A stretch of DNA of 64,000 bases from positions 19,927-83,926 of the IMG/VR virus record IMGVR_UViG_2802428982_000005; one strand, given 5' to 3'. Of the stretch, positions 44,364 through 53,355 are shown in pieces. Within the stretch, counting starts at the first letter, position 1. Each line of letters begins with the position of its first letter. The position numbers and the translations under genes are program-made. The stretch comes from a virus. Lineage: Duplodnaviria; Heunggongvirae; Uroviricota; Caudoviricetes. Under the pieces are notes generated by a model that saw only the letters and a list, made by a program, of their open reading frames with translations, made no database searches and was not told where the DNA came from.

Positions 44364-44741
44364 CTATATCTCCTTCTGGTTGGCTAGTTCTAGTAGGACG
44401 TCCGCGTGGCAGGGGGCGTCGAGTCGGCACCAGCAGCAGAGGTCGTGGCCTCGGAGAAGTGGCACCAGGTCCTCCACGCGTTTCATGGAACCGAGGAGCC
44501 AGCGGCGATACAGGCGCACTGCGTAGGCCGCTGCCCACTCGTGTGTCCCAGTGCCTTGGAAGAACGTCCCTGGCCCCTCGACGGTCCAGACACGTACACG
44601 GCGGGCGCCCAGAAGGTCCGGCTCTGTTCCGGCGCACACGACCTTGAACGGGTTCCCCCATCGCCCGGGCCGGGCCACGCTGATCGCGCCTTCCGGTTTC
44701 CGCCAGCCCGCACTACGCCGCAACTGAATACGTCGGGGCAT
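44364..44741 (-). CDS. DUF4326-like protein (125 aa)
   Basis: GRWGNPF motif and C-terminal CCWC...C cluster; ATG 44741 (MPRRIQLRRSAGWRKPEG...). Confidence 0.4.
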   Translation of the reverse strand: MPRRIQLRRSAGWRKPEGAISVARPGRWGNPFKVVCAGTEPDLLGARRVRVWTVEGPGTFFQGTGTHEWAAAYAVRLYRRWLLGSMKRVEDLVPLLRGHDLCCWCRLDAPCHADVLLELANQKEI

Positions 44742-44743
44742 GC

Positions 44744-45472
44744 TCACCAGCCGAACTCCGTGGGCACATACACCTGGGTCTGGGACCGGATGAAGCCAGT
44801 GTCTAGGGGCGGCTGGTCGGACTCGGTGACGCGTATCAGGAGGCGCCAGCCTCGGGTCTCGGCCGGGGTGGCGGTATGGATGTTCCACCAGTCCCACGAC
44901 ATCCATTGCGCCAGTGGCGCGTCCAGGAAGTCGTCGTTGCCCATGCGCGGTGCTGCCGCATTCACCTTCTGTGTCAGCTCGCGGTACAGGCCGGAGTCCC
45001 CACTGTGCTCCAGGCCGACGACGTACGGGTGCCGCATGAACCGTGTGGGGCAGTCGTTCCCGACGTGGACGGTGTGGAACCGGGGCCGGTAGCCTCGCGC
45101 CTCTAGGAGAGCTTGGTGCGCCAGCGACGGAGCGCCGGTGTTGGAGGCGCTAGCCGACATAAGACTGGTCTCCTCGCCCGGCTTGTCTGCGTTACGCCGC
45201 GGTACGCCGTCGGTGTGCCAGCCGGGTATCGCCGGTATGAACCCGGGCAGCAGCAGCGACACCTTCGTGTCGACGTGCACGTGTGTGTGATCGCCGACAA
45301 TGGGCGCCTGCTCCAGGCACCGCCGGACAGCGGGGCCGCCGAACAGGACGGCGTTCTGGAGGCTGGCGCGTTCCAGGTTGGGGGTTGCCGGTATGCACTT
45401 GAGGTCGGTGTAGTCGAAGAAGTCGACGACCGGACCCGGTTGCACGGGGCGGGAGTTGAATGTGTAGGACAT
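44744..45472 (-). CDS. hypothetical protein with HxD...H-like cluster (242 aa)
   Basis: ATG 45472 (MSYTFNSRPVQPGPVVDFFDY...); IVGDHTHVHVDTK His/Asp cluster; possible metal-dependent enzyme. Confidence 0.35.
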   Translation of the reverse strand: MSYTFNSRPVQPGPVVDFFDYTDLKCIPATPNLERASLQNAVLFGGPAVRRCLEQAPIVGDHTHVHVDTKVSLLLPGFIPAIPGWHTDGVPRRNADKPGEETSLMSASASNTGAPSLAHQALLEARGYRPRFHTVHVGNDCPTRFMRHPYVVGLEHSGDSGLYRELTQKVNAAAPRMGNDDFLDAPLAQWMSWDWWNIHTATPAETRGWRLLIRVTESDQPPLDTGFIRSQTQVYVPTEFGW

Positions 45473-45474
45473 GG

Positions 45475-45891
45475 TCACTGGGTCACGGTCCATTCCACGG
45501 GGTGGACGGTCCAGCTGAAACCTGGCAGCTCCGTGCTGCTGTCTACCTCCAGTTGCGCGTCGCTGGGGGGTTGAATCACTAACCAGGTCAACCGCTTCTC
45601 GGCGGCCGAGTAGTAGCGGCGGGCGAGGCGACCGTCTGTGTGGACGGCCACGCTGCCCTCGGCGTAGCCCAGGCGCTTGACGTTGAGGGCGCGGAGTAAC
45701 CCGACCACTAGCTGTTTGGCTATGTTGTAATCCAGCTTCTGCGGGAAGCTGGGTATCTGCTTCTGTAGCCATACGATCATGGCAGCCAGCTCGGTGTCGT
45801 TGACGGTCACGCGGCCGTCCAGATATTCGGGTGGCACTTCCGGCGGGGTCTGGACCGGTGCGCCGTTGCCCAATGTCGCGTTGAGGTTCAC
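45475..45891 (-). CDS. hypothetical protein (138 aa)
   Basis: ORF. Confidence 0.4.
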   Translation of the reverse strand: MNLNATLGNGAPVQTPPEVPPEYLDGRVTVNDTELAAMIVWLQKQIPSFPQKLDYNIAKQLVVGLLRALNVKRLGYAEGSVAVHTDGRLARRYYSAAEKRLTWLVIQPPSDAQLEVDSSTELPGFSWTVHPVEWTVTQ

Positions 45892-46244
45892 GCTGTCTCC
45901 TTGTCATGGGTTGCGTTGCCGGACATGGGCGCCCAGCTGAGCAGCCCGTTGTGGTTGCTGCGGTAGTTGTCGACGGCCGCCTGTGCCTTATCTCGGCTGT
46001 AGTCCATGGATGTCCACCACTCGACGTCGTGCCAGACGTCCCGTAGCGCCTTCATCTGCTCGGATTCCCACGCGGTGAACGCCTCGTTGATGCGGGCGAT
46101 GAGTGCACGGGTGTCCCGTGCGGCGCGAGTTCCGGGAAAGGACGAGTCGAGGGCGTCGGCCATGTCGTTGAGGGTGGACATGTGGCACATGACTTCGTCT
46201 AGGTCGTCCGAGTACAGGTAGTTGAAGCTGCCGCCGCTCACCAC
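45888..46244 (-). CDS. hypothetical protein (118 aa)
   Basis: ORF. Confidence 0.4.
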   Translation of the reverse strand: MVSGGSFNYLYSDDLDEVMCHMSTLNDMADALDSSFPGTRAARDTRALIARINEAFTAWESEQMKALRDVWHDVEWWTSMDYSRDKAQAAVDNYRSNHNGLLSWAPMSGNATHDKETA

Positions 46245-46873
46245 TCGGCTCCCAGCTGCTCTATGCCGTCAGCCAGCACGTCGATGTTCACGGGCGCCAT
46301 CTGCCATGCGTCTACGCCCACGTGGAGCTGCCGTTGGTGCACATGTGGGAGGAAGCTGGCGCGGGAATGGGTGTGCCCGTGTAGAAGCCACTCGCCCTCG
46401 TCGCGGAGCCGGTACTGGTTGTAGCGCTGCTCCGTGGTGTGGTCGCCGCGGTAGGGCAGGTGCGAAAGCAACGCGGTGTGTCCGCCCACGCGGCGACGGG
46501 CGAACGGCTGCACCGACTGGAACACCTCCAGGTAGTGCGCCTGCCACTTGTGGGCGTCCCGATACATGGGGTGGACGCGGTCGTGGTTCCCGGAAACCAG
46601 GTGCTTCTCGCCAGGCCGTTCCTCGATCCACTTCAGCGCGTTACGTTGTGCCCCAGATGATCCGGCGCTGAGGTCGCCCAGCACCCACACCTGGTCGTGC
46701 GGCTGAACGACTGCGTCCCAATTCTCGGCGAGGGTCCGGTCGTGCCACCGGATGCAGTGCTCACTACGCTCAGTAGGGGCCAGCGGGACCGCGATGTTGG
46801 CGCGGTTGGCGCGTTCCTCCGCGACCAGGGCATGCCCGATGTGTAGGTCGGAGGTGAACCAGACGGTCGTCAT
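46238..46873 (-). CDS. calcineurin-like metallophosphoesterase (211 aa)
   Basis: Motifs SDLHIGH, VLGDLSAG, GNHD, GHTH in canonical order; ATG 46873 overlaps the upstream stop. Confidence 0.75.
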   Translation of the reverse strand: MTTVWFTSDLHIGHALVAEERANRANIAVPLAPTERSEHCIRWHDRTLAENWDAVVQPHDQVWVLGDLSAGSSGAQRNALKWIEERPGEKHLVSGNHDRVHPMYRDAHKWQAHYLEVFQSVQPFARRRVGGHTALLSHLPYRGDHTTEQRYNQYRLRDEGEWLLHGHTHSRASFLPHVHQRQLHVGVDAWQMAPVNIDVLADGIEQLGAEW

Positions 46874-47070
46874 CAGAAGCACTCCCCTGCGTGGATTGTG
46901 TGGCAGTCCAGGCACTTTCGCTCCTGCCGCCCGGGCTGTGCCGGATCGACCCCGTCAGGGCATTGGTCATGGACGATGTGATCGTGCACGTAGGTCGCCA
47001 AGTCACCCGGCTCGATCTGCTCACCGCAGTTACGGCACTGCCCGCGGTATTTAGCCTGAAACGCCATCAC
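46873..47070 (-). CDS. small zinc-ribbon protein, paralog of 43214..43420 (65 aa)
   Basis: See paralog alignment under 43214..43420. Confidence 0.5.
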   Translation of the reverse strand: MMAFQAKYRGQCRNCGEQIEPGDLATYVHDHIVHDQCPDGVDPAQPGRQERKCLDCHTIHAGECF

Positions 47071-48080
47071 GCCAACACCTGGGGGTAGCCGTCGAAGGTC
47101 CGGCCGTCGTGGTACAGCTCACGGCCCGCCGCCTTCTTCCCGACTCGGTACATGGAGGTCGGGCGGTGGTGTGGGAAGTCGGCGCGTATCGCCTCACCAC
47201 GACGCGGGCCGTCAGGCCAGTCCAGATCACCCGCGTTGTAGGTGTTTCCGTCGTCGGTCATCGCGATACCGTTCGAGAAGTCGAACCGGCCATTCTTCAA
47301 CGGCGCCATGGGTGTCCAATCGCCCCATTGCTTGAACAGGAACGGGACACCGGCTGCCACACACTGGCGGTGCAGGCTCTCCGCCCACCACGGATGCATC
47401 GGCCGCGCGCCCGGCCCAGACTCGCCGCCGACGATCACCCAGTCGATACCGCGGTCGAATTCGTCGCGGGCGAGCAACCCAGAAGTCGTCGTATCAATCA
47501 GACCCAGCAGCGGCTCGGCGCTAACGAACCGCACAGCGGCCGGAGTGTCATACAGGGCCGGGATGCGCAGTTCCGCACGCTTCTGGTCCTCGGCGCTCAC
47601 GCCCAACCAGACATTGGGCAAGTAGTGCTGATCTAGCGAAACACCGCTCTGGGGCAACCAAACATCGCGGTCGAGCCCTGCCACGCCAACCCGACCCCAG
47701 AAGGCATGACTATTCAGTAGCGACCGCATGCGCCCGTGACGCTTAGTGAGCACCTGGAACGTGTGGTGCGGAGAGAGAGCCATGACGGCGAACACGCGGG
47801 CGATGTACTCGTCGGGCACGTCGTCGTGGAACAGGTCGGCTTGTGAGCAGACGAAGATCTTCTTCCCGTCACGCTTTCGGAGTGGCCAGTCCAGACGGTT
47901 CGGGTGAAGTTGTACCGCCAGACTCGCCCCAATGCCTTCACCGTCAAACTTTCGGCCCGCGACACGAATTGGTGTCGATCGCTCGATGTAGCAGTTCAGG
48001 CAGCCATCACTGACACGGGTGCAACCGGTCACCGGTGACCATGTGGCGTCTGTCCATTCGATGCCGGTCTTGTCACCCAT
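47067..48080 (-). CDS. phage Gp37/Gp68-family protein (DUF5131-like, Cys-cluster enzyme), 337 aa
   Basis: N-terminal GIEWTDATWSPVTGCTRVSDGCLNCY signature; ATG 48080 (MGDKTGIEWTD). Confidence 0.6.
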   Translation of the reverse strand: MGDKTGIEWTDATWSPVTGCTRVSDGCLNCYIERSTPIRVAGRKFDGEGIGASLAVQLHPNRLDWPLRKRDGKKIFVCSQADLFHDDVPDEYIARVFAVMALSPHHTFQVLTKRHGRMRSLLNSHAFWGRVGVAGLDRDVWLPQSGVSLDQHYLPNVWLGVSAEDQKRAELRIPALYDTPAAVRFVSAEPLLGLIDTTTSGLLARDEFDRGIDWVIVGGESGPGARPMHPWWAESLHRQCVAAGVPFLFKQWGDWTPMAPLKNGRFDFSNGIAMTDDGNTYNAGDLDWPDGPRRGEAIRADFPHHRPTSMYRVGKKAAGRELYHDGRTFDGYPQVLA

Positions 48081-48670
48081 TACGCTGCCGCCGCCTTCGC
48101 CGCGTCGTACCGATTGATGCCCCACACGATGGCGTGCAGCGCGACGAGGAAGTGGAAGTCGTAGTCTTTGAGTTCCCATTCCCAGCTGTCGGTGAACTCG
48201 AAATCGCCGTGACGGAACTGGGTTAGCGCGTGGTGCGCCATACTCTCGTCGCCCATCTCGCCGTATTCGTCGAGAAGTACTTCATTGCAGATGGCCCGCC
48301 AGAGCGGTCGATGCGGTCCGTCGTTCCATCGGCACCAGTCGCGAAAATGGTCGTACACAAGGCGCTTGAACACGTCTTGGGAGAACGACATCGACCGCAC
48401 CGGGCCGCGTAGCTTCTCGGCCCAGTACTGCGGATTGATGTATCCAACGGGATTGCGGAAGAACTCGAACATGTCCTCAACACGGGCGAAGTGAAAGTCC
48501 TCTAGATCGCCGGTGATCACCAAGTGGCCAGGCCATGTCACGAGGTCGAAACGCCATATGCCGGTACCCGGTTCTGCGAACCGGATGTGTCGGTATAGCC
48601 CTTCTTCGCGCAGGACGGTCATCCTGTGGTTGCGAGTGGATATTGCCAGCATCTGCTCAGGTGTCGTCAT
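48080..48670 (-). CDS. hypothetical protein (196 aa)
   Basis: ATG 48670 (MTTPEQMLAISTRNHRMTVLREEGLYRHIRF...); upstream 104 aa of the ORF-track entry are His/Arg-rich run-in. Confidence 0.45.
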   Translation of the reverse strand: MTTPEQMLAISTRNHRMTVLREEGLYRHIRFAEPGTGIWRFDLVTWPGHLVITGDLEDFHFARVEDMFEFFRNPVGYINPQYWAEKLRGPVRSMSFSQDVFKRLVYDHFRDWCRWNDGPHRPLWRAICNEVLLDEYGEMGDESMAHHALTQFRHGDFEFTDSWEWELKDYDFHFLVALHAIVWGINRYDAAKAAAA

Positions 48671-48882
48671 AGTCCTGTCTCCGTTGGGTTGTCGACCCAT
48701 GGCTGGTAGTGCTCGGGGCAGCGGATACCGCCCTGGCCGTCGAGGTCGATGGCGATCATGGCGGGGTGGCCACAGTCGGTTATGCCGCATTCGCCGAGGT
48801 CGGTGTCGTTGATGGTGAAGGTGATTCCGCCGCTGGTGGTGTAGATGCCGGTGCGGATGTGGACTGTGTGGCTCACCGTCAT
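48667..48882 (-). CDS. small Cys-containing protein (71 aa)
   Basis: ATG 48882..48880 overlaps the upstream stop (ATGA). Confidence 0.4.
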   Translation of the reverse strand: MTVSHTVHIRTGIYTTSGGITFTINDTDLGECGITDCGHPAMIAIDLDGQGGIRCPEHYQPWVDNPTETGL

Positions 48883-49349
48883 TGCCCTTGGTCTGGTCGT
48901 ACTTCGACGGATGGGGTGACGTTGTGGCCAGTGCCCTCGTGGTGGCCGTCGGCCCATAGGTCACGGTCGTCCTCGGCGCCAAACGGGAGCTTCATATCGA
49001 CGCACTCCTGGCAGGAGGCGAGGTAGTACACCGCGGGGCGGCCGGGGAATACCGTTGGAAGGTTGACCTTTACGGCAATAGCGGAGGCTAGGCGCTCCCC
49101 GTCAGCGTCCAGAGGCAGGGCCATGTACCCCGCTCCATCGTCGCGCAGGGTCGCCTCCACGACGTACTGCTCGCTGACGTAAGTGCGGTGACCTTGCAGC
49201 GAGTTGTGGCGGACGGCAAATGCTTCCGCGTGAACCTTGCCTTCATCGGTGCCTGGGAATGCCCAGGTTTGGCCGTCGCTGTCACCGGGTCCGGGCGGGC
49301 ATACGGTGCATACGACGGCCCATTGCCGTTGTGTATCAATGATCTTCAT
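48879..49349 (-). CDS. hypothetical protein (156 aa)
   Basis: ORF; CTVCPPG...CQEC. Confidence 0.4.
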   Translation of the reverse strand: MKIIDTQRQWAVVCTVCPPGPGDSDGQTWAFPGTDEGKVHAEAFAVRHNSLQGHRTYVSEQYVVEATLRDDGAGYMALPLDADGERLASAIAVKVNLPTVFPGRPAVYYLASCQECVDMKLPFGAEDDRDLWADGHHEGTGHNVTPSVEVRPDQGQ

Positions 49350-50308
49350 CGGTTTACGTCGCTGTCTACGTCGCTGTGCACGTGCTCGATGGCCTTGTTA
49401 GGGTCTGCGGTGCGCCAGTCAGGCCACGTGCGTTGCTCGTTCCTGGTCTGCTTCGCAAGGATCGCGTCGATGATTTGTTGCGGTTCCCAGCCCGCGCGCC
49501 AGGCTCCGTCGAAGGCCAGGATGATGACGTCTACCCATTCGGAGATGTCGTCAGGGGCGTCCCGTATCTCGTTCAGCTCTTTGCCGATGTGGTCCAAGAC
49601 TCCGTTGGTTCGGGCACCCGGGCCGAAGGTTGCGAGGCTGAATGCACGCTGTCGCGCCAGGTGTGCTGCGTCTATTACGCGGGTGGGTGACGTGCCCGGT
49701 CGCTGCTGTTCGTCCACCGTTGTGGGCTCACCGCACCCGGCCGCCCCGAACTCGTCCCATGGGATAAACCGGTCTACTTCGAAGACCTCACCGCGCCGGA
49801 CGCGCATACGGTCGATGGCGTTGTCGACGTTGGTTTCATTCGCGCGGGCCTTGCACCAGAACCCCCATAGGCGTACCCGCCGCCCTGTCACGATGAGTGT
49901 CCAGCACGGGAGCTTGCGCTGATCGCGACGCGCGAGGAACTGATTTGAGTGCGTCGCGGCCGGTACTAACTCCACGCGGTGACGCCATGTGCCTCGCCGG
50001 AATGCCAGCGGCCGGTCGCCCCAGAACAGGCGCCACGGCTCCGGGGCGGACCTGACGGACCGACCCTCCTCAGTGACCTCCACGTACTGCCCCCACAACA
50101 TCAGGGAGACGAACCACCAGGGGTGGTCGTGCAGGGCGCGGTCGTCGTCGTCACGCAGGAACTTGTGTAGGTAGATGTTGAGCCACCGGTTGCGAGGGAT
50201 TACGTACCAGCGCAATAGGTACGGCGCCTCGCCTTCGGCGCCGATGGGTTGGTGCGGTTCCAGGCGCAGCCACTTGCGCAGCCAGCCTTTGTTGGTGGGC
50301 GCAGTCAT
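49346..50308 (-). CDS. two-domain protein with C-terminal MazG-like nucleotide pyrophosphohydrolase domain (320 aa)
   Basis: C-terminal LDHIGKELNEIRDAPDDISEWVDVIILAFDGAWRAGWEPQQIIDAILAK (MazG/HisE-like EExxE helix pair); N-terminal DHPWW-containing domain of unknown function. Confidence 0.5.
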   Translation of the reverse strand: MTAPTNKGWLRKWLRLEPHQPIGAEGEAPYLLRWYVIPRNRWLNIYLHKFLRDDDDRALHDHPWWFVSLMLWGQYVEVTEEGRSVRSAPEPWRLFWGDRPLAFRRGTWRHRVELVPAATHSNQFLARRDQRKLPCWTLIVTGRRVRLWGFWCKARANETNVDNAIDRMRVRRGEVFEVDRFIPWDEFGAAGCGEPTTVDEQQRPGTSPTRVIDAAHLARQRAFSLATFGPGARTNGVLDHIGKELNEIRDAPDDISEWVDVIILAFDGAWRAGWEPQQIIDAILAKQTRNEQRTWPDWRTADPNKAIEHVHSDVDSDVNR

Positions 50309-50697
50309 CGACGATCACCCGCTCCTTTAACGCGGAGACGGGCCGCGACAGTCGGGGCAACGCCGTCCCAGTTGTGCCAGGTGCGGGCGCAGGCTTGACA
50401 GATCCACGCTTCAAACGGGCTGTGCCCCGTCCTGACTATGAGGGACGCCTTGCAATACGCACAGCGCATAAGTGTCTCGACAGACACGGTTTCTGGCGGT
50501 TCGTCTTCGGACGAGACGGTGGCATGGATGCCCATGACGTTGGTCTCGACCTCCATGCCGCCAGTGAGCCGTTGCACCAGCTTGTCAGTGTCGACGGCCT
50601 TCGAGGTGACCTCGATCTGGTCGGCGAAGCTGCGGACCAGGCGGCCGGATAGGTCTAAGAGCGCGTTGACGGCGCGTTCAATGTCGTTGGTGGTCAA
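50305..50697 (-). CDS. hypothetical protein with C-terminal zinc ribbon (130 aa, TTG start)
   Basis: TTG 50697..50695 overlaps the upstream stop TGA (TTGA); CAYCKAS...CQAC. Confidence 0.4.
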   Translation of the reverse strand: MTTNDIERAVNALLDLSGRLVRSFADQIEVTSKAVDTDKLVQRLTGGMEVETNVMGIHATVSSEDEPPETVSVETLMRCAYCKASLIVRTGHSPFEAWICQACARTWHNWDGVAPTVAARLRVKGAGDRR

Positions 50698-50990
50698 TGT
50701 TTCTTCCCCTTGTTTCGGCGTTGGCGCCGGTTGCCGCCCGGGTGTGCCAACGGGATCTCGGCGCGCTGGTGGGCGCGTTGTGGTTGTGGGCGTGGGATAG
50801 ACCGGAAGGTGACCTTTGTCTGGTCGGCCTCGGGGTCGTAGACCGCGGCCACGGGTGTGTAGAGGGCTCCGAACATGTCCGGCCCCCATCGCTGGTTGAC
50901 ACTCATGACGTGGTCGGCGATGTCGCCCCGGTAGTTGAGGGTGTTTCGTTTGGCCGTGGGGAACATGTCGGCCTGTGTGAGTGTCGCCAT
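50694..50990 (-). CDS. hypothetical protein (98 aa)
   Basis: ATG 50990..50988 overlaps the upstream stop (ATGA). Confidence 0.4.
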   Translation of the reverse strand: MATLTQADMFPTAKRNTLNYRGDIADHVMSVNQRWGPDMFGALYTPVAAVYDPEADQTKVTFRSIPRPQPQRAHQRAEIPLAHPGGNRRQRRNKGKKH

Positions 50991-51469
50991 CAGGGCTCCT
51001 TGGTGTTGTTTTCGCAGGCGTGGCATAGGGCGGCTTTGACGCCCATGCGTGTGCCGGTGATCGCGTTTGGATTGGCGCACTTGTCGCAGGCTGGCGGATC
51101 AGCCCAGTGGTTGATGTCGCCTTGATAGAGGGCAAGTTGCCGGTAAACGTCCTTGCCGACGTCTGGCACTTCCGCATCCCAATTGGTCTGCTGCTCCAGC
51201 CATTTAGCGAACGCGACGGCCACGTCTGGGTCAACGGCGCGCGGCTCTCCCGGGCACTCGATGGGGTCTTCCTGGTAGAGCTTCACGACCTCTTTGCAGC
51301 TCACAATGTGGGTTAGAGACCACACCGCGGGGTTGAGGAACTTCTCGCCCGTGTCGGTGTCGACCATGATGGCCGGATGCATCGCGAAGTGGTCAGTCAC
51401 TTTGTCCGCGGTAACAGTCAGCCGGTCGCCCTTCTCTCCGACCAGTTCCAGCCGTACGAGTGTCATCAC
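50990..51469 (-). CDS. hypothetical Cys-containing protein (159 aa)
   Basis: ORF; CDKCANPN...CHAC. Confidence 0.4.
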   Translation of the reverse strand: MMTLVRLELVGEKGDRLTVTADKVTDHFAMHPAIMVDTDTGEKFLNPAVWSLTHIVSCKEVVKLYQEDPIECPGEPRAVDPDVAVAFAKWLEQQTNWDAEVPDVGKDVYRQLALYQGDINHWADPPACDKCANPNAITGTRMGVKAALCHACENNTKEP

Positions 51470-51741
51470 ACCTCCCCTGGTTCGAGTGCTTCGACGACCG
51501 GGTGGATGACCTGTGACGGGGCGAGGGTGACCGCGATTTCTGCTGTTATGGGCGAGAATTCAGCCGCATCCACTGTCACCCCGACCTTGACGGTGATCTG
51601 GTCGCGCGCCAGCTTCGCCGGGCGGTTGGCCCGGTACCCGGCGATACGCAGGCCGTTGACGACCTTGAGTCCGTCATCGCCTGTGCGGTAGCCGCGGGAC
51701 GCCTCCAAGATCAGGTAGCCGGTCGCGGTGTGTGTAGTCAC
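51466..51741 (-). CDS. hypothetical protein (91 aa, GTG start)
   Basis: GTG 51741..51739 overlaps the upstream stop (GTGA). Confidence 0.4.
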   Translation of the reverse strand: MTTHTATGYLILEASRGYRTGDDGLKVVNGLRIAGYRANRPAKLARDQITVKVGVTVDAAEFSPITAEIAVTLAPSQVIHPVVEALEPGEV

Positions 51742-52139
51742 CCGGCCGCCGCCTTCTCCTTGGCGGCCTGCTCTGCGGCCTTGATGTTGACCGCGTTCTC
51801 GATGATCGGGTCCATGTAGGTGTACGCGTCCCCGGGTAGCACGCTGACCTTCACCGTTTCGCCGCGCACCTTCTGGACTGCATTCGCCCACCGCCGCAAC
51901 TTGGCGACGTCGGACAGCTGCTCGGACGACGGGCAGGTGTTTTCTAGCCAGGTGTGCTGGTCGCGGAGGAACTTGCCGCACACGTCCTTCGCCCGCGGTA
52001 TCTGGTGCAGAAAGATCCGGTTGCCGGTCATGTGCGACAACAGGTCCTGCACCTGCACCACGGTGCAGACGGCGCCTTCGGGGAGTCCGTTGGTGACGGC
52101 TAACACCGCCACCAACGGGAACTCCTTCCTCCTGCTCAC
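51738..52139 (-). CDS. hypothetical protein, paralog of 33536..33922 (133 aa)
   Basis: See paralog alignment under 33536..33922. Confidence 0.5.
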   Translation of the reverse strand: MSRRKEFPLVAVLAVTNGLPEGAVCTVVQVQDLLSHMTGNRIFLHQIPRAKDVCGKFLRDQHTWLENTCPSSEQLSDVAKLRRWANAVQKVRGETVKVSVLPGDAYTYMDPIIENAVNIKAAEQAAKEKAAAG

Positions 52140-52960
52140 AGCTCGCGGATCGTGTCGGGCGCGGGACCGAACACGGACTTGATGACAGCCAGCTTCGCCA
52201 CCTCAGCGTCGAACGCCGCGTCCTTGACGTCCCCGGCGCGGTCCAGCTTGTAGCCGAGGAGCAAGCCGTCCTGGCCGATGCGGAACCGCAGGCGGGCGGT
52301 GAGGTCGTACACGTCGCCGCGCTCGTAGACGGGGATGCGGAGGGTGAAGTGCTCGGGCACCTCGATATGTCCGCCTTTGCCGCCAGCGGTTGCGGTGGCC
52401 TCCTCCTTGTACTGGAACTGCACCTCGCCGGACTGGGTTCGGTGGCCGGACTGGAACTCGACCTTGCGCTTCGTCTGGAAGTTCTGCACGACCTCCATCA
52501 GGTCGGCCGCCGGTGGTGAGGTGATGGCGGCTAGGCCGTCCTCGATGTGCTCGGCGAACGCAATCTGGTTGAGCAGCTTGCCGTCGGCTGCCGCCCAGTG
52601 GTTCCACTCGCGGGACAGCTGGAGCGCTACCACGATGCGGTGGTCACGCCAGCCTTTGTCGTTCAGTACCGCGGTGATTCGGCTGGGGCCGCGGTCGGCG
52701 TACGCGACGGCATCGAGGTGCAGGGCGCCGTCGGTCAGCTTGTTGAAGCTGTCGACGTCCAGCACGGTGGTGGTGCCGCGGTCGCGTCGAGGGTTCGGCA
52801 GGTACCGCTCCAGCGAGTCGAAGTCGCGGCCCTCGTCGTCGCGGGTGACGAACGACAGGACGTGCTCGGTGTCGGGAACAACCTGCTCGGTGCTGTAACG
52901 CTCCGCCGCGTTGGCGAGTTCGGCGACAGCGTCTGCCTCGGTACGGATTTCGTCGGTCAT
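52136..52960 (-). CDS. hypothetical protein (274 aa)
   Basis: ORF; no motif recognised. Confidence 0.45.
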   Translation of the reverse strand: MTDEIRTEADAVAELANAAERYSTEQVVPDTEHVLSFVTRDDEGRDFDSLERYLPNPRRDRGTTTVLDVDSFNKLTDGALHLDAVAYADRGPSRITAVLNDKGWRDHRIVVALQLSREWNHWAAADGKLLNQIAFAEHIEDGLAAITSPPAADLMEVVQNFQTKRKVEFQSGHRTQSGEVQFQYKEEATATAGGKGGHIEVPEHFTLRIPVYERGDVYDLTARLRFRIGQDGLLLGYKLDRAGDVKDAAFDAEVAKLAVIKSVFGPAPDTIREL

Positions 52961-52963
52961 GGG

Positions 52964-53329
52964 TCAGGCTTCCTTTCGGATGTTCGTGGTGCTCTCGGCG
53001 ACCGCTTTCATGGACTCGAACTGGAGTTGCGCCGGGTCGGTGCGGGTGACGTTGCCCTCGCGGTCGACGAACCAGAGGGATACCTGGCGGTCGGCCTGCG
53101 GCGCCTTGACAGTCACGTCGTCCTTGATGACCAACATGGAGGTGTTGGCCTGCTCAGAAACGCTGAGCTTCAACGTGAGTGACCCGGCCTTGCCGGTCGC
53201 GCGGACGGCGGCGACGACTTCCTTGAGGCCGTCGGACAGCTCGTCGTGCACGCGGCCCTTCTGTAGTTCCCGCAGGAAGTCGGCGAACGGGCGTACCCGG
53301 TCCGCTTCCTCGGGGGCTGGAGTGGTCAT
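52964..53329 (-). CDS. hypothetical protein (121 aa)
   Basis: ATG 53329 (MTTPAPEEADRVRPFADFLRELQKG...). Confidence 0.4.
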   Translation of the reverse strand: MTTPAPEEADRVRPFADFLRELQKGRVHDELSDGLKEVVAAVRATGKAGSLTLKLSVSEQANTSMLVIKDDVTVKAPQADRQVSLWFVDREGNVTRTDPAQLQFESMKAVAESTTNIRKEA

Positions 53330-53355
53330 ATGGGCGGTGTTCCTTTCGTGGGGTG

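Noticed and set aside
44744-45472. 2OG-Fe(II) dioxygenase (TET/JBP-like) assignment for the protein with a GDHTHVHVD cluster
   Set aside because: Only a short His/Asp cluster is visible. Without a confirmed distal His and Arg in a double-stranded beta-helix context the call is too speculative, so it is kept as hypothetical.
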